Below are positions 6,636-8,150 of a stretch of DNA of 8,150 nt, in pieces; position 1 is the first letter of the stretch; every line of letters begins with the position of its first letter. Below the pieces are notes generated by a model that was not told the DNA's origin, did not search any database, and was given only the letters and a program-made list of their open reading frames with translations. Position numbers and translations under genes: made by a program. Origin of the DNA: Escherichia coli (lineage in GTDB: Bacteria > Pseudomonadota > Gammaproteobacteria > Enterobacterales > Enterobacteriaceae); NCBI RefSeq assembly GCF_048403405.1, contig NZ_CP183134.1. The stretch is one strand, 5' to 3'.

Positions 6636-8150
6636 TCACATTCCCTGTGACCAACCGCGATCAGGTCTCCTCTCGGTGGCGTGTGTTCGTGCATCTTCCT
6701 CGCGCCGCCATTCGTCCCAGGTACGATTGAAACCCAGCGAGCGGAACAGATGATCCGGCTGTTTTTCTGGTGTGTTGACGACAGCAAAAAGCGGTGCCTC
6801 ACGGGTTTTCAGATGAAACTCCATAAGTTCCGGTGCAGGTGATATGTGGCTGTCTGCATCATGATTTACGGCAACACCATACCCTGCATACCGTAACCCC
6901 TTATCGGTCAGTGCACTGATAACCAGCTGGCTGTTATCGGCTGAGGGAACGGCAAACGCGGGATACAGCGTACCATTAAGCCGGACAACACCGCCCAGAG
7001 AGTCATCCACGCCCATGACCAGCAAAAGCTGAAGCTGGCGGGTTTCCCGGTCGACAGAACTCATGACCGGCATCAGCGTCGGTGGCAGACGTCCCTGCGT
7101 AAAATCCACCTTCCTTGCTGCCAGTGATGGCATGGCTGGCTGGCGGTCTTCTCCAAGACAGAAAGACTCCGGCCATGTCTTCGGCTGGCGGAGATTGCGG
7201 GTATGTTGCGGCCATGTCTGGCAAACCTGCGTCAGAAGTTGCTCAAAGGTCGCAGAGGAATAAATACGTTGCAGTGGTGGATGTTGGCCGATTTCGCTTC
7301 GGTCACAGATATAACCACTCCTGTCACGTATTAAATCAACACTCTCAAAGATCCTGGTGCGGTATTTCTCCAGCTCGTTCCCCCAGAGCGTGTATTCTCC
7401 GTTCCGGTTGTGAAGCAGAAGGTAACAAGTCATTTCCCCGTTACCAGGCATGGGAGCCTCGCCATACCCCGTAACGACTGCTCTCAGCACCCCTGAATCC
7501 ATAACGGCATTGTCATTTTTCCTGAGCTGTTCCGCTCGTCGCTCCGCGCGACTACGTTCTGTATCCTCCAGCTCCTTCCGGCGTAATTCATCTTCACGTT
7601 TAAGCAACTGGGCTCTGAGAGCTGCAAGGCCGGATTCCCCCCACTGCTGCCACTGTTTTTCAAATGCCGTCTGACTCGCGGGAATGTCCTGTTTCTCCAC
7701 CTTCCGGTAATGCTGTCGCAATTTTTCCATTTGCTGGCTCAGAGACTGGATTTTTCCCTGCTCACTACGGTATTCCGGTGCAGCCCATTGCATCAGGGGA
7801 ATACGGGAAAAACCGGACGAAAACGGCGATGATTTTTTCAGGCTGGCAGCATGGCTCATCGCTTCCTTTCGTTCGGTGTTCAGCTCTTCCCAGCGTCTGC
7901 GCGTCGCCTGCATATCTGCCATCATCGACATGGCGTTACTGGTGAGTTTCCATGCCGCGTTACTGTCCTTCGGCAACGCTTCGATGATGTCGCGTAGTGT
8001 GTACGAAGTTGCGTTGTCAGGAAGCCCGATATTCAGAAGGTCGAGCCACACGGCGGGCAGGCTCTGTCGGCCCCGCTGTTCCTGAGTTCGGTGCGGGAAA
8101 TCTGTATTTCCAGGTTAGGCCTGTTAATCAGACGATTCTGTTCGCCGCGT
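6636..8150 (-). CDS. mobA: MobA relaxase, copy 2; 5' end runs off the window and carries apparent frameshifts near 8043 and 8071 relative to copy 1
   Basis: Identical to copy 1 up to about 7991. The ORF track ends at a GTG at 8051 because two 1-bp insertions shift the frame. I suspect these are consensus errors at a contig end rather than a true pseudogene. Confidence 0.6.

Larger units (their letters stand above)
4075..8150. repeat. Tandem unit copy 2 (4076 bp; identical to copy 1 apart from 6 differences in the last ~160 bp)
   Basis: Direct alignment to copy 1 by eye. Differences: A->G at 7992, 1-bp G insertion at about 8043, A->G at 8069, extra C in a C-run at 8071-8074, A->G at 8118. Confidence 0.9.

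Noticed and set aside
6636-8051. Copy-2 mobA as a truncated 471-aa protein starting MWLDLL
   Set aside because: The apparent start is a GTG created by a 1-bp insertion relative to copy 1 in an error-prone terminal region. Treated as a frameshifted copy of mobA, not a distinct gene.

Overview
The window is almost exactly two head-to-tail copies of one 4074-bp unit (copy 1 = 1-4074, copy 2 = 4075-8150), i.e. a small plasmid-like replicon present as a dimer or concatemer. Each unit carries a divergent mobA (MOBQ-type relaxase, minus strand) and mobC-like accessory gene (plus strand) flanking an RSF1010-like oriT nic motif, then a ColE1/pMB1-like conserved segment, a consensus DnaA box, an AT-rich region with two GATC sites, four 22-bp iterons, inverted-repeat operator sequences over a putative promoter, and a Rep_3-family repA. 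Convergent repA and mobA are separated by about 240 bp containing hairpin terminators. The copies appear identical except for the last ~160 bp of the window, where copy 2 has four A->G changes and two 1-bp insertions that break the mobA frame. I see no cargo gene (resistance, toxin-antitoxin, defence) and no CRISPR array or RNA gene; the most plausible reading is a cryptic mobilizable plasmid backbone. All family assignments come from motif recognition by eye, without database searches.
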